Position numbers and translations under genes: made by a program. Source: Macrostomum lignano (Eukaryota). Taken from it: DNA of 64,000 bases. Under the pieces are notes generated by a model. It saw nothing but the letters and a program-made list of their open reading frames with translations. It was not told the origin of the DNA and did no database searches. Positions within the stretch are counted from its first letter, which is position 1. Each line of letters opens with the position of its first letter. Of this stretch, positions 22,250 through 36,310 are shown piece by piece. Location: positions 1 through 64,000 of the forward strand of contig NIVC01003414.1 in NCBI GenBank assembly GCA_002269645.1, in the 5' to 3' direction.

Positions 22250-22993
22250 TCAAAGGCCAGATAAAGAATCCAGCTCATGGCTGAGGGGCAGATGAGAGTG
22301 GAAAGAAGAAGGAATAGACGATTCGAAGAGAAGAGAAGCGAAAGAGGGGATAAAAGAAAAGATAAAAGATAATAGGAGAGATGAGGGGGTGATGACGATG
22401 AGAGAGAGGGAGAGAAGAGGGGAGAGAGGAAAAGCGAGAGTAGAGAGTAGAGATGAGAGAGCAGAGAGCTGCAGATGAGAGGAGAGAGGAGACAGCAGAG
22501 AGGAGAGCAGAGAGGAAACAGGTGAAAGAAGAGATGAGAGAGTACAGGGAAGAGAGAAGAGATAAAGATACATCTCTACATCTCTAAGGTTGTAGAGATG
22601 AGAGGTGGAAGGAGAGATGAGAGATGAGAGATAACGGATAGAGGAGAGTGGAGTGAGAGAAGAGAGGGAGACAGAGTATAGAAAAGGGAAGAGAAGAGAA
22701 AAGAAGAAAGGAGAAAGGAAAGTGAGGAGTCAAAAGAGGGGAAAGAAAAAGAGTACAGAGGAGAGAGGTGAGAGAACATATAAGACAGAGATGCCAGATT
22801 AAAGAGGGGGATGAGAGAGCAGAGACGAGAGTGAACAGATAAAAGATGGGAGAGTAGAGAGAACAGAGGAGAGGTTACAGAGACGAGAGGAGAGAGGAGA
22901 GAGGAGAGACAAAAGTAGAGAAGTGAGTGAGGAGAGAGGAGAGGAAATAGGAGAATGGAGAGGGGAGAGAGTAGAGAGAGGAGGAGAGATAAC

Positions 22994-23074
<81 letters not shown>

Positions 23075-23520
23075 AGCAGAGAGAAATGAGAAGAGATAAG
23101 AGAGAAAAGATAAAAGAAGAGAAAGGAAAGATGAGAGAGCAAAGACGAGAGAGAAAAGAGGTGTGGGAAGAGACGAGAGAAGAGGGGAGAGATGAGAGAG
23201 TAGAGGAGAGAGTTAAGAGAAGAGAGAAAAGAATAGAAAGGAGAAGGAAGATAAGAGAGAAGAGGGGGTGAGAGGAGAGAGGAGAGGGGAGAGAGGAGAG
23301 GAGAGAGGAGAGGAGAGAGAAAAGAAGAGACAAGAGATGAGATAAGAGAGATGAAAGAGAAGAGAGATGAGGGAAGATACGAGAGAAGAGGGGAGAGAGG
23401 AGAGAGGAGAGAGGAGAGAGCCTCAGAGAGGAGAGACGAGGGACGAGAAAGATGAGAGGAAACAAAGAGACGATAGAAATTTTAAAGGATCCAAGGGACG
23501 TAGGGAGAGTCAGGGAGAGA
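22250..23520. repeat. GA-rich polypurine low-complexity tract with a pure (GA)n run near 23000-23066
   Basis: Composition read directly. Confidence 0.95.
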
Positions 23521-24323
23521 CCAGAGTTTAGCAATATGTTTTAGAGTCAGACAGACATTGCCTGACATTCTGCGCAGTACCCCAGCCAACAATGTCTCAA
23601 ACCCTAATTTTACACGAATGTGCTCCATTTTATGTCTACCTCTATCCTACTAACTATTAACAAGTTTTTGTTTGTGTATGGCCTTAGATTTCAGAATACA
23701 TGCAAAAGTAGTTCCGGGTATTGGAATTCCCCGGGTTCAAAATCCGCGGGTTTCAACAGCTTGTATTCTATATAAAAAGCTAAAAATTGACATTTTAGGG
23801 GCCTGTTAAGAATGAGCTATTAAAACCCACAGATTTAAAACTCATTGAATTCCAAAAAATCCTTAGAACTATTTTTGTATGAATTTTGAAATCTGAAGTC
23901 ATACTTCAAACCCATATTCTAGATCATATAGGCTAATATGAATCCAAAAATATAGGTATGTATTGGCCTTGCATGCCAAAAGTTAGGCCTACATAGTTGG
24001 CATATATGACTCCTTAAGAAAATAGTGTAGGGCTTATATATACTTGGTATGTATTTTAAAAAATCACACAAAAGAATTAAATAAAAAATGATTGAAAAGA
24101 TTATTTGTAAGCATAAATTTCTAGCTTTCTAGTTTTTTAGTTCACAATAATGTATTTAAACAAATGTTTATGTATATTCATTTGTTGCTATAAATAAATA
24201 TTTATAAATAAATAAACAACCAAATAATTAGCCAAAAAGGGTAATTTATTGTTGCAATATCAGCCTAGATTCAAAAGTATGGGTAGGGTATGCACTTTAA
24301 TTTTTTGATAGGGGCCTATGCAT

Positions 24324-24517
24324 TTATAACCATACATGCGCAACTTTGGGATTCACTCGGCCGTTTCTATTGGCAACACACGCATTTAAGTTGCTATTGG
24401 ACAGAACAGTAGTCACGTGACTGCTCTCAGCCAATAGCGACTTACATGCGTGTGTAAGTGTGTTGCCAATAGAAATGGCCGGGTGAATCCCAAGGTTGCG
24501 CCCAAGCATGTTTATAA
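24324..24517. mobile_element. Imperfect ~190-bp palindrome (MITE-like) centred on GTCACGTGAC
   Basis: The arms pair (GCGCAACTTTGGGATTCACTCGGCC... / ...GGCCGGGTGAATCCCAAGGTTGCGC), with TTATAA at both ends. Confidence 0.7.
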
Positions 24518-25260
24518 CTAGGCCTATTCCATTTTGGTTTTAGGGCCTAGGTATGCATCTAGATCTAATATGATCTAGACTAGGGTAGGGGGCCTATAGA
24601 CTCAAACAAAACCTTACTAATGGTTAAGGAAAGGAGATAAACAACACTTAGCCTTAGGATTAAATTTGAATTAAAGTGAACTGCTTTACTCAAGCAAAAG
24701 ATGCAATAAAGTGTAATAAAGCATATGCACTATGCAGTACATAAACCATTATAGGCCTACCCTAATACTAATAGACTCTTGATATACTTGTATTTAAATA
24801 GCTAATTATATACACCAAACAATAGTCAAAAGTTAGGCCTACACCCACCAACCAAGCAAGAATATTTTTATTCACTTTTTACTGTGCATTTTAAATGAGA
24901 AATTTTCTCTCTAACTACGCCTGATTTGTACATGTGGAACTTTTGACTGTTACTGAGTATACAATATAATGTAAAATTATGTACATAGCATTGATTGCCT
25001 AAATTATTAGGCCTAGATTTTGAGTTGTACACATTTACACACTTTTAATAGCATTTAGAATATATATTTATGAAGCCAATGGTCATGTTGAAGTCCTTGT
25101 CCTTGGCAATATTTTGCTCATTGAATTATAGAAATTTATGTCATTGCATTAAGGAACAACTTTAGAAGTCTATCTTGTTGTTAAAGAATTTGCTCAGCTT
25201 GTTTTAACTGTTGGTGGATTTAATTTTCTCCAATTTAAACTTTAGCCAAGGTCTATTGAC

Positions 25261-25362
25261 AAATTTGGTGTAATACTTTTGATTCATGCAAATGAGATTT
25301 AACTCATTTAAGATTTAAGATCAAATCTCATTTGCATGAATCAAAAGTATTACACCAAATTT
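25261..25362. repeat. Perfect 40-bp inverted repeat with a 22-bp spacer
   Basis: 25261-25300 is the exact reverse complement of 25323-25362. Confidence 0.9.
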
Positions 25363-28300
25363 TTCATTTTTACATCTTAAGATGTAAAATAGGAAAAATA
25401 CTTTAATTAGCAACTTGCAAGACATAATTAAGACCAAACCAACGCACTACTACCTATCAAAGCTTATTTGAATAAAAAATGCACAAATATTTTTTCTAAG
25501 AAGTTTCAAACAGTTTCAAAAGTTTGGTTTCCGAGTTTCAAAGAAAAAAAGACTTTAAAACGGCGTAAATGGTTTCAACAAAGTACTTTAATTGTGTAAC
25601 CTTTTTAATTACTGCATAAAAAAATTAAAAGGAAATAAGAAGTCATTTACAATTTTTATGCGTGCTTTAATTAGTTTATTAGCCGAAAGCTAACATTGTC
25701 AGATTATATTTATGGTGGTTGTTTGACAGCAAAGCTGTATTTATTTTTTGTAATTTTTTGTCATATAAAGAAAGCTACGCTAAGCCACGCCACGCCTGGG
25801 TCGTTCGCAAATTCTAGGAGGAGCAAAAATTTTAACAATTTTCCGAACATTTACTATTGTTACTGCCATATTCAAAATAATAGGACACTTTTATCTGTGA
25901 ATAAAGATAATTTTTGGGTTGAACTTTATCATGCAAAAGTGTTTTTAATCATCTGGCGGTATTAAGCGATAATTAGCGATGAAAAAATTCAAATTCAATC
26001 ATTTCACCGATGTTAATTTTTGATACTACAAGATGTCTGTAGCTAAAACAAGTTGTTGTTGTGTTGAAACCTTGCTATATTACATTTAAAATGAAAGCTT
26101 ATATAAATTTAATTTAAGAATTTTTTAAAGCTCAATAAACTGCACTATAAATGATTTTATAGACGCTTAACTGGACGCCTAGCATTTCCGGTGGGATAGC
26201 CTCTTTGCGTCTCACAAAATGTATTTTTCAGCTGACGTCTAGAATGTGCGCTTAAAATGATACATTTTGATGCAGATAATTAGAAAAACATGTCTTATTA
26301 TCTTTTTGTAAAAAATTGTTATGAAATAGAGCACTATTATTGATAAAAATAATTAAAAGCAACCATGCATCGCAATTAACTCCTACTTTGAAGCACAAAA
26401 TAAATATCCTGTAACCACACTAGCATTCTCCATGGAGCACCTTTTGAGCTGAAATTTTACACAGATATCCAGTAAAGTAAACTGAGCAAATGATTTTTTT
26501 TGTTTTTGAAAATACTTCAATTTGGCTATGTATCAGTTAGTACATTGGACATATTTATTATATTTTTATTAAAATCCTTGTAACCAAGCTACAGAGAAAC
26601 ATGTGCAAAACTGGACCTTGAAATTTGACCTGAATGATCAGCAAATGTGTATCTCGAAATGATTTTTTTTGTTTTCATCAAGTCATTCTATGCTAATTTT
26701 TTCTGAAGGTAAAGATACCATATATTTAGAGTCAATAGGGGAAGCATTTAGACTTATTCAATAGTCATTAAAATTGCAACTATATTATTATAATATAGTA
26801 ATAATATTATACATGTATTATATAGTAATATTAACTTCTAAGATGCCCTTATAAATTTAAGTAAAGACAACAGGCCTTAATTAATTAATCAGCATTTTGA
26901 AGAAACTGACCTTATACAGATGGGCCCCAAGCTAAGAAATGAATGTAGAGCTTATTTCGTGTAAGGTATAAAAATCAATTTATTAAAATATTAAATACTT
27001 CTAATAAATTGGTTAAATTAGTTATTTACCTTGAATTAATTTAATTTTAATAATTAAATATATAAATTTGTTTCACTTCTTACTGCATTTAAATAGAGTA
27101 CCTCTCTACTATACTATAGAAGTATAGTAAAAGTACATGGTAAAAAAGTATAGTAAAAAATTTTCTTTGGTTTAATCCCAGCTTGCCTCAGTTTTTTAGT
27201 CTTAATACGAGCTAGATAGTAAGTGTTGATTAATTTGCTCCATCACCTTTTGCCACGGAAACAGCACATGTCGGACATGCAACACTCTTCCTGATCCCTG
27301 GATTCAAGATGACTGCTTCTGCTTCCTAATGCTTGAAAACTGAGCTCATGGAGCTTTAGGTTATGCTGTCAGAGTGCTGCTGCCGGTGCTGTGTGTGTAT
27401 GTGTGTGTCTTCTGCGGGTAGGTTCCATGTCCCTCAGTTTAGCCACTGTTGTGGGCTAACTGGAGGAATTGCCGTTGTCGGTGCTGCAGGTGGCACTGCA
27501 TGGTAGTATTGACGCTGTCAGTGACGCTGGCAAAGGCTTGGACGAAGCTAGGTGCCGTCATTGTCAGAAGGACATGCGTGTGCTGCTTAGACCAGTGCGC
27601 ACATTCGACTGGACTCGTATCTGGTGCAGTCTGGTGTATTCACTGAGATTGTGTGGATCTGCCTCCTCGCATCACCTCAACCAGGCTCAATTTCTTTTGT
27701 AGAATTTTCGTGCGCTGCTTAACTGCATCTTGTGCCTGCTGAGTGATGCCAAGAATTGTGCCACACAATAATTTGGCCCATAAACTACTCGTATATTATA
27801 CATATGTATGCACAGCACACACACACGCTGCGCGCACTCGTGCATAGACCATTTAAGCACGCAAAATCGATGTATGAATCCTACATTAAACGTACTAGTT
27901 AATGGAATTCTCATCTCATGAGCTCTAGTCTATGGACAAACCTGAAATTACTAGAATATCTAGACAGATCTAAACTTCTTTGAGCAGCGCGCTGCGCTGC
28001 GAGCAAATACATGTAGATTCCTTAGCGCAACTAATTAATAGTGTAGTACAGTCTACAGCCTGAAGTAGCCTGTGTAAGATGCGGAGGGATGATTTTTGCA
28101 TAGGAAGCCACTACGGTAAGGTTGATGGAACTATGGGGAGGTGAGAGATTCAAAGCGAGGGACGGAAGCCATGCATAGTTCGATCATAAGTTTGATTATT
28201 GCATGAGTCTGGGGATGCATTAACGAGAGGCAGACGAGAGCATAGAAATAAAGCGGGCTAAATATATTAATACACAAAATTACATGTACTAGCTAGTAAT

Positions 28301-29258
28301 TTCAGAATGGTCAGCGACTCCTCCGATTTGTATCCGCGACCGCGTGCCCACAAATCCCCCGGCAGACCCTGTCGCAGTTGGTGGTTGTGCACAGAATACA
28401 ATGTTAATTTTCGAGCTTCTCTGCAAAAAATGCGTGATGCACTCAAGATGTGTGCTATAGTCTACTTCTTTGATTGATGGCTGGGTTTTGCCTTTTCGCT
28501 TGTGATCATCAAAAGCTTGGGCGTCATTGCTACTGGTGTTTCAGTGTGCGCATTATGTCTGGTTATCATATTATGTGCATGTGCAGTGTCTTTTACCTAC
28601 ATTTTTGTTTGTCTCTGTTTCCTGCATGCTCTTTCGCATTTTTACACCTCGCACATCCTCATTTTTCTCAATTAACAAGTGAAATCTTTTCTTAAAGACT
28701 AATTGCTATTTTAGTTAAGCTAGTAGGTTTTTGGTATTTAAATAATTCAATTTTGTCTATTTTCCAAAAAGTTTCAAAAAATGAATTAATTAAAATAAAT
28801 TTGAATTATTTTAGGTTAATTGGAGTAAAATGTCTAATAAGTAACTATGATTTTTTATTTTAAGTACATGTAGCTTTGGTATAAGTATTAATGTAATGAG
28901 TACTTAAAGTAAAATCAAGCAAGTTATAGTTTTCAGAAATTATGCTACAAATAATCAAATATATACTAGTATCTGAATTCCTTTATTAAGGAACATGCAG
29001 TCGATATTAAATCCACAATGTGCTTTTTGGTGTTCAAGGATAGTTCCCTGACTTTTTCTATTATTAGTTAGATTTTATTATATTTAATGTAAAAATGAAC
29101 AATTCTATTCAAGGTAAAAATGAACATTCTTTATTTGTCCAATCATCTTGCCTTTGAAAAGATACATAGTGAAAACTTGATTTTTAATTCAACCTTTCAA
29201 GACTTATTTAGACTTCTCAATTCAGTGATTAGTTAAACTGATCGAAGTTCTTTCGAGT

Positions 29259-30022
29259 GCATGCTATAATAATTTCGCACTTTTTCGCACACGATAATTT
29301 TAAATGTCTGGGATTTGGAGCAGAGTAACAAAATGCTGTGCTCAAAAACATTTCCTTTGTCAATTTCTTGTTCTTTTATTTTTGCAAAAGAAATTTAACT
29401 GCATATTTAAAATAAAAATGGAAGAAAATTTTATTTTCTCTTTAATATTTTTGTCGTTTATTTTCCGCAACAAAGAATAACAAATAGCCTTGATTTCTTC
29501 TCAATTTCAAGTTTTCTTGTGGTTTTAGTAGCAGCTTCTTACAGAAATTGTCAAAAGAATTTTTTTTGTACGATTATTGGTCGATGTATAAACTTTTTTT
29601 GCAATAACAAAAAGTTGTGACCTAGCTTTGAGAACGACCCGCATGCTATAATAATTTCGCACTTTTTCGCACACGATAATTTTAAATGTCTGGGATTTGG
29701 AGCAGAGTAACAAAATGCTGTGCTCAAAAACATTTCCTTTGTCAATTTCTTGTTCTTTTATTTTTGCAAAAGAAATTTAACTGCATATTTAAAATAAAAA
29801 TGGAAGAAAATTTTATTTTCTCTTTAATATTTTTGTCGTTTATTTTCCGCAACAAAGAATAACAAATAGCCTTGATTTCTTCTCAATTTCAAGTTTTCTT
29901 GTGGTTTTAGTAGCAGCTTCTTACAGAAATTGTCAAAAGAATTTTTTTTGTACGATTATTGGTCGATGTATAAACTTTTTTTGCAATAACAAAAAGTTGT
30001 GACCTAGCTTTGAGAACGACCC
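29259..30022. repeat. Tandem duplication, 382-bp unit x2
   Basis: GCATGCTATAATAATTTCG starts at 29259 and 29641; the copies look identical by eye. Confidence 0.9.
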
Positions 30023-30460
30023 GCCTAGCCCTAGGCCTACCCCTTACGTATATATGTGGCCAATGGCAGTGGCGGATATAAGAGAGGGGTTATGGGGCCA
30101 TGACGCCTTCCCGGGCATCTCTTATGGTCAAAATATTTAATTTATTATTTATTTATTCCATAGGCCTTTTTACTAAAAATCGAAATATCTATTGCTTTGT
30201 TTCAATGATTATTAGGTATATTAGTCATATAAAGAAAGCTACGCCAAGCCAAGCCATGCCACGCCTAGCCCTAGGCCTACCCCTTACGTATATATGTGGC
30301 CAATGGCAGTGGCGGATATAAGAGAGGGGTTATGGCCATGGGGCCATGACACCTTCCCAGGCATCTCTTATGGTCAAAATATTTAATTTATTATTTATTT
30401 ATTCCATAGGCCTTTTTACTAAAAATCGAAATATCTATTGCTTTGTTTCAATGATTATTG
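30023..30460. repeat. Tandem duplication, ~240-bp period (second copy partial), containing a CAGTGGCGGAT MITE end
   Basis: GCCTAGCCCTAGGCCTACCCC starts at 30023 and 30263. Confidence 0.85.
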
Positions 30461-30738
30461 GAATATATTGGATCTATGACCTATCTATGAAATGACAATA
30501 CTTTGGTGGGTCTGCTGATTTGTAAGAGAAGAGGTAGGCCTAGGCTAGTAAAGACTAGTTGGCTTGGCTAAGTTTGGTTTACCTTAGCTTAGGTAATTAT
30601 TCTTAATCTTAGGTTTGTTTTCCTTAGGTTGGCTTCCCAAAATCAAATTCTAGATCCGAATCTGCACTAGGCTATGGAATAGAGCCTAGGATTAGGCTAC
30701 TATTTAGTAAGTAATTGTTTTTGTTGATTATAAGTGCT

Positions 30739-31215
30739 CTGGCCTGCCATAGCTGGGAAGGTAGCAGTTTTTGGTGAATTTTCTGGCGCAAATTGGCCCT
30801 TTTTTTGGCACACACGGTGCACACGGCGTACAAGGAAAAATTGAAAATGCTCTGGCGGCGCACATGACACATGGCGCTAAAAAAATATATAGTTACACTT
30901 CGTTATACTTTGCAAAATATATAGTGTCAGGCCTAATTCCATAATTCGTAAAATAAAATGTTATATTATCAATTATTATATTATTATTATATATAACTAA
31001 AATTACATAAATCACGATATAAAATATGTAAATGAAATTCAAATTTGTCTACCGTAAATTCAAATTTACCTTACCTTACCTTAGACTTACCTTATCATGG
31101 CGCGCTGCGGCGCATAAAAACTTTTCTTCTTCACGGCGCACGGCGCACAGTGCTCAAAAGCCATCAAAATAGTTCCAGCGCACACTGTGCCACCTTCCCG
31201 ACTATGGCTGGCCTG
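30739..31215. mobile_element. Degenerate MITE
   Basis: ~25-bp imperfect TIRs (GGCCTGCCATAGCTGGGAAGGTAGC / GCCACCTTCCCGACTATGGCTGGCC). No clear TSD. Confidence 0.35.
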
Positions 31216-33242
31216 ATAGCCAATGGCAATAGGTAGATGCAGTATAGCATAGGCCTATGCAATTGACAGCTTAGCCATAGACATAGCTATTGTGTGGTAT
31301 AATTGAAGATAGCCAAGAACCAAATATAGGCCTACATTCAATTATTCTAGCTAATACTAGTAAACTAAAACAGACAAAGCAAAGCACCCATTTTATAGCT
31401 GGGTGAACTAAAGCAATGTAGAGTTAAATGTCTTAGGTCTACTCTTGCTCAAGAATATAATTTTTTAGACTTAGAACCTTTTAAATTATAAGTCCAACAC
31501 CTTGGCTAGGCCTAATCCTTGTATTGTGGCCTTTATTAGCTGGTTTTATTATATAATCATATGCAACTAACTAGTGCCTAACATTTAGACATTTTGGTAC
31601 AAAACAACAAAAGTAAATTAAATTAACTTAATTTAAACTAAATAAAATGAAAAAATGGTAAATTAAAAATAAATTACTAGCATTTACTTTTGTTAGTAAA
31701 TAAGTTAGTAATAATAGGCCTAGGCCAATGAGTAGGCTATAATAGTTTCTAGACACAAGTATTATCTTATTCTTATATTTGCAACTTTGTCATCTTATAA
31801 GTTAGGCCTATATTTATTATCTATTTTAAAGATAAGATACTTTGTTATCTAGCCAATTTATATACTTTGGAGTTTGATCAGTTTGTTATCATCAATTAAC
31901 ATAAACCATTGTAGACTCAATTAATAAATGCTATTGCATACAAGGGTTGATAGTTATTTTATCTATTGCTAATTGTCTGTGACTCATTTACAAAATATAA
32001 ATGCAATCATTGCAGCTATGTAGTCAATGAGGGCTGTAGTTTATACTTGTTAAGATAAACTAATTATTTATTTTCTACCAAATCTTTTATTTGCAAATTT
32101 AAATTCATGAGAGTCATAAAAATAAGCTGCATAAAATATAGTCATATTTGCAAAGGATGGCTGCACCTAAAACTTGATGTATAATTTGCATTTGTTTTGT
32201 GTAGCTTATAAAAATTTTCATTCCTATGTGCCTGTTCTTCAGTGTTTTAAATAGAAAGGAGAGACAGTGGAGGCCCTTGCTTCACTTTTCTCCTGCCTAC
32301 ATCTATTGGCCCAAAGGCATGGCCATTGCCTTAGTTGGGCTATAGACAGCAGTAGCCTTGGTCCAGGAATGCTGTGCTTCAAGTTCAATTCTTTGTTATC
32401 CCACTTATCTGGCATGAGCAGAAGGTGCAGACAAGACACAGAATACTACCTGTTACAATAAATAAGCTTTTTTATATGATCATATAAGCCAGGGCCAACT
32501 TAAAATCAATATATGAGTATTTTTTTTAATAATTCAAAAAAACAAAACATTGAATACATAATAGTCTACATTTATATATGTATATATATTATTATATATA
32601 ATATTAATATAAAAAGTTATAAAGCTTAGAAATATATTAGATAAGCCAAATTGGGAGTATCTTATCTTAATCTATAGATATAGAAAATTGTCATCATTGT
32701 ACCATTGGAATGATAGTTTTTAGACCCATTTTTCATTTTCCATGTTTTTTCTCACTTTATATATTAATCTCATTTATTCTTTTTGTCCTATGTACTATCT
32801 GTATCATTTTTGTTCTTAGTTAATCAGTTTTGCAACATATCTGTCTTGGCTATCCACTTATCTAGGCCAGCTTAGTCAGGTGTTGTGCATGTATGCTAAA
32901 AGAATATATTAAAAATTAAATAGAGAGAGAAGCATATATTTAAAGAATAAAATCCACATATACAAGATATCTAAAATGCTATAATAAAAGATAGGAGTTA
33001 AGTGATACAGCTTATGGATACTAATAATAATAGTAATACTATTCACAATATACTAAGTAACTGTACTAATAATAGTAAAAATTATACTCGTAGTAGTACT
33101 AATAATCCTGCAGCATAGAAATTTATAACCTGTAAAATTAAAATAAAGGCCTATTATAGTTCTGAGTTCTGTTTGAGCCTTATAAGTTATCTCCCCAATG
33201 CTACACAGCTCCAACCTAACCATACACCCGCAGCCAATCAAA

Positions 33243-35470
33243 ATGCCCCTAGAAGCCAACCGAGATGATGCAATTCGTCAAGCTGCCGAAGAAACTGATC
33301 GATATTTCAATGCCGCATCGGCGCCCAGGTTAAAGTCGAATTATAATAATAAAAAGTGCAAGAATAACAAGAATAAATCGGCAAGTAGATCCCGCCCAGC
33401 CACGCTCGCCTCCCTGGCCAACCGGCCGGACGAGGAGACTTCGCTGCGCCTGGCCGAAGAGTACATCGAAGCCACCGAAGCTGCGGCCAGCTCGCCAACC
33501 GCAGCCGAGGCCGAGTGCGCCCGGATCTACTTTGCTGACTGGTCGCGCCGCCTTCGCGTGGGCGGATTCAGCCTGCTAGTGTATGGCCTGGGGTCCAAGC
33601 GGCACCTGCTGCGCCAGTTCAAGTCTGCCTGCCTCGGCGATCAGCTCTGCGCCGAGATTGACGGCTTCCATCCCGAGGCCGGTCCCAAGGCCATCCTGAC
33701 GGCGCTTGTTGAGGAACTGATCGGCGAGGTGACGCCCAGCTCTGCCAAGTCGCTGCCTGACATGGCCAGGCTGATTGCTTCTACTCTGGAGACTGTCGGC
33801 CTCACTCTGTACATTGTGGTGAGACTGGTTGACCTCAGCTCTGTCAACCTCACAAACTTGAACCCTCAGGCTTAATCCCAACCTACCAACCCCTCATGAT
33901 CTCGGGTCTTTAATCTAGATCCCTATACTGGATTCCCAAATCTCCCAGATCCCCATACTGAATTCCCAAATCTCTCAGATCCCCATACTGCATTCCCAAA
34001 TCTCTCAGATCCCCATACTGCATTCCCAAATCTCTCAGATCCCCATACTGAATTCCCAAATCTCTCAGATCCCCATACTGCATTCCCAAATCTCTCAGAT
34101 CCCCATACTGAATTCCCGAATCTCCCAGATCCCCATACTGCATTCCCAAATCTCTCAGATCCCTATACTGAATTCCCGAATCTCCCAGATCCCCATACTG
34201 CATTCCCAAATCTCTCAGATCCCCATACTGAATTCCCAAATCTCTCAGATCCCCATACTGCATTCCCAAATCTCTCAGATCCCCATACTGAATTCCCGAA
34301 TCTCCCAGATCCCCATACTGCATTCCCAAATCTCTCAGATCCCCATACTGAATTCCCGAATCTCCCAGATCCCCATACTGCATTCCCAAATCTCTCAGAT
34401 CCCCATACTGAATTCCCAAATCTCTCAGATCCCCATACTGCATTCCCAAATCTCTCAGATCCCCATACTGAATTCCCGAATCTCCCAGATCCCCATACTG
34501 CATTCCCAAATCTCTCAGATCCCCATACTGAATTCCCAAATCTCCCAGATCCCCATACTGGATTCCCAAATCTCTCAGATCCCCATACTGAATTCCCAAA
34601 TCTCCCAGATCCCCATACTGGATTCCCAAATCTCTCAGATCCCCATACTGAATTCCCAAATCTCCTAGATCCCATTCTGTCTTCCCAAATCTCTCAGATC
34701 CCCATACTGAATTCCCAAATCTCCCAGATCCCCATACTGGATTCCCAAATCTCTCAGATCCCCATACTGAATTCCCAATTCTCCCAGATCCCCATACTGG
34801 ATTCCCAAATCTCTCAGATCCCCATAGTCCAGTCCCAATACGCCGCCCTCAGTTCCACAGCCTTGACGGGCCGCAGCTGCGCACGGACAAAGCCGCGGAG
34901 GCCATCACGGCGCTGGTCTCATCACCGACTGTCCGAATGATCGCCAGTGTGGATCACCGGCTGTGCCAGTTGCTGTGGGACCGCGGCCAGCTCACCAGCA
35001 TGGCCTGCCTGTGGTGCCAGTTGCCCAAGCCGCTGCGCCCCTATATCGAGGAATTGCCTGCCAGCGCCGCCTACACCGGCCGGGCCGTCGAGTCGACAAC
35101 CGCCGGCGCCGGTTCTGGCGCCGTTGGCATCGGCGGCGAAGTGTCGGTCGCGCTGCAGCTGTCCAGCCTGCGGCACCTCATGGCCTCGCTGACGCAGAAC
35201 GCCAGGTCGCTGTTCGTCATGCTGGCCAGGCGGCAGCTGGAGCGGCCCGGTGAGCCCTGGCCGCTGGATGAGGTTTACACGGCCTGCCGGGACGGCATGT
35301 TGGTCACCTCCGAGCTCACTCTGCAGGCTCACCTCCGCGAGTTCCGCGACCACGGCCTCGTCAGGCTGAAATTCGACGGCCGCGGCCAGGCCGGCGACTC
35401 TGCGCTGGTGCCGCTGCCTGCCGACACCCTGGTGCAGTTCCTGGCTGCGTTCGGCGACGAGTGCGACTGA
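33243..35470 (+). CDS. ORC2: Origin recognition complex subunit 2; exons 33243-33818 and 34853-35470 (~397 aa; the start could be ATG 33198 or an unseen upstream exon)
   Basis: GFSLLVYGLGSKR, EIDGFHP, LYIV|FHSLDGP, IASVDH, LLWD, and winged-helix SLTQNAR...LREFRDHGLV all match ORC2 motifs. Phase-0 GT-AG intron. Confidence 0.92.
33915..34825. repeat. 30-bp minisatellite filling the ORC2 intron (about 30 copies)
   Basis: Unit CAGATCCCCATACTGAATTCCCAAATCTCT. Confidence 0.95.
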
Positions 35471-35514
35471 CACTGCGGCCTGGCGCCCTGAGAGTCAGCT
35501 GGAACCTCTGAAAC

Positions 35515-36310
35515 CCTTGAGAATCGTCCCATCCGCCCCTATGAGAATCGCCTTAATCCGCCCCCTATGAGAATCGCTCCAATCCGCCCCCTATGAGAAT
35601 CGCCCCAATCCGCCCCCTATGAGAATCGCCCCAATCCGCCCCCTATGAGAATCGCCCCAATCCGCCCCCTATGAGAATCGCCCCAATCCGCCCCCATGAG
35701 AATCGCCCCAATCTGCCCCCTTGAGAATCGCCCCAATCCGCCCCCATGAGAACCGCCCCAATCCGCCCCCTATGAGAATCGCCCCAATCCGCCCCATGAG
35801 AATCGCCCCAATCTGCCCCCTTGAGAATCGCCCCAATCTGCCCCCTTGAGAATCGCCCCAATCCGCCCCCCATGAGAATCGCCCCAATCTGCCCCATGAG
35901 AATCGCCCCAATCCGCCCCCCATGAGAATCGCTCCAATCCGCCCCCTATGAGAATCGCCCCAATCTGCCCCTTGAGAATCGCCCCAATCCACCCCCATGA
36001 GAATCGCCCCAATCCGCCCCCATGAGAATCGCCCCAATCCGCCCCCCTATGATAATCGCCCAATCTGCCCCCATGTGAATCGCCCCAATCCGCCCCCTAT
36101 GATAATCGCCCAATCTGCCCCCATGAGAATCGCCCCAATCCGCCCCCCTATGAGAATCGCCCCAATCCGCCCCCTATGATAATCGCCCCAATCCGCCCCT
36201 ATGAGAATCGCCCCAATCCGCCCCCTATGAGAATCGCCGCAATCCGCCCCCTATGATAATCGCCCCAATCCGCCCCTATGAGAATCGCCCCAATCCGCCC
36301 CTTTCGAATC
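35515..36310. repeat. ~25-27-bp C-rich minisatellite (ATGAGAATCGCCCCAATCCGCCCCC)
   Basis: Periodicity read directly. Begins just after the ORC2 stop. Confidence 0.95.

Noticed and set aside
22250-23534. Ser/Leu-rich and Arg/Glu-rich ORFs
   Set aside because: They are artefacts of the GA-rich low-complexity tract.
27250-27720. GC-richer island with short ORFs and a CxxC
   Set aside because: No frame gave a recognisable domain or consistent splice sites, so it is left unannotated.
33910-34675. 249-aa GIQYGDLRDL repeat protein
   Set aside because: It is the antisense translation of the 30-bp array inside the ORC2 intron.
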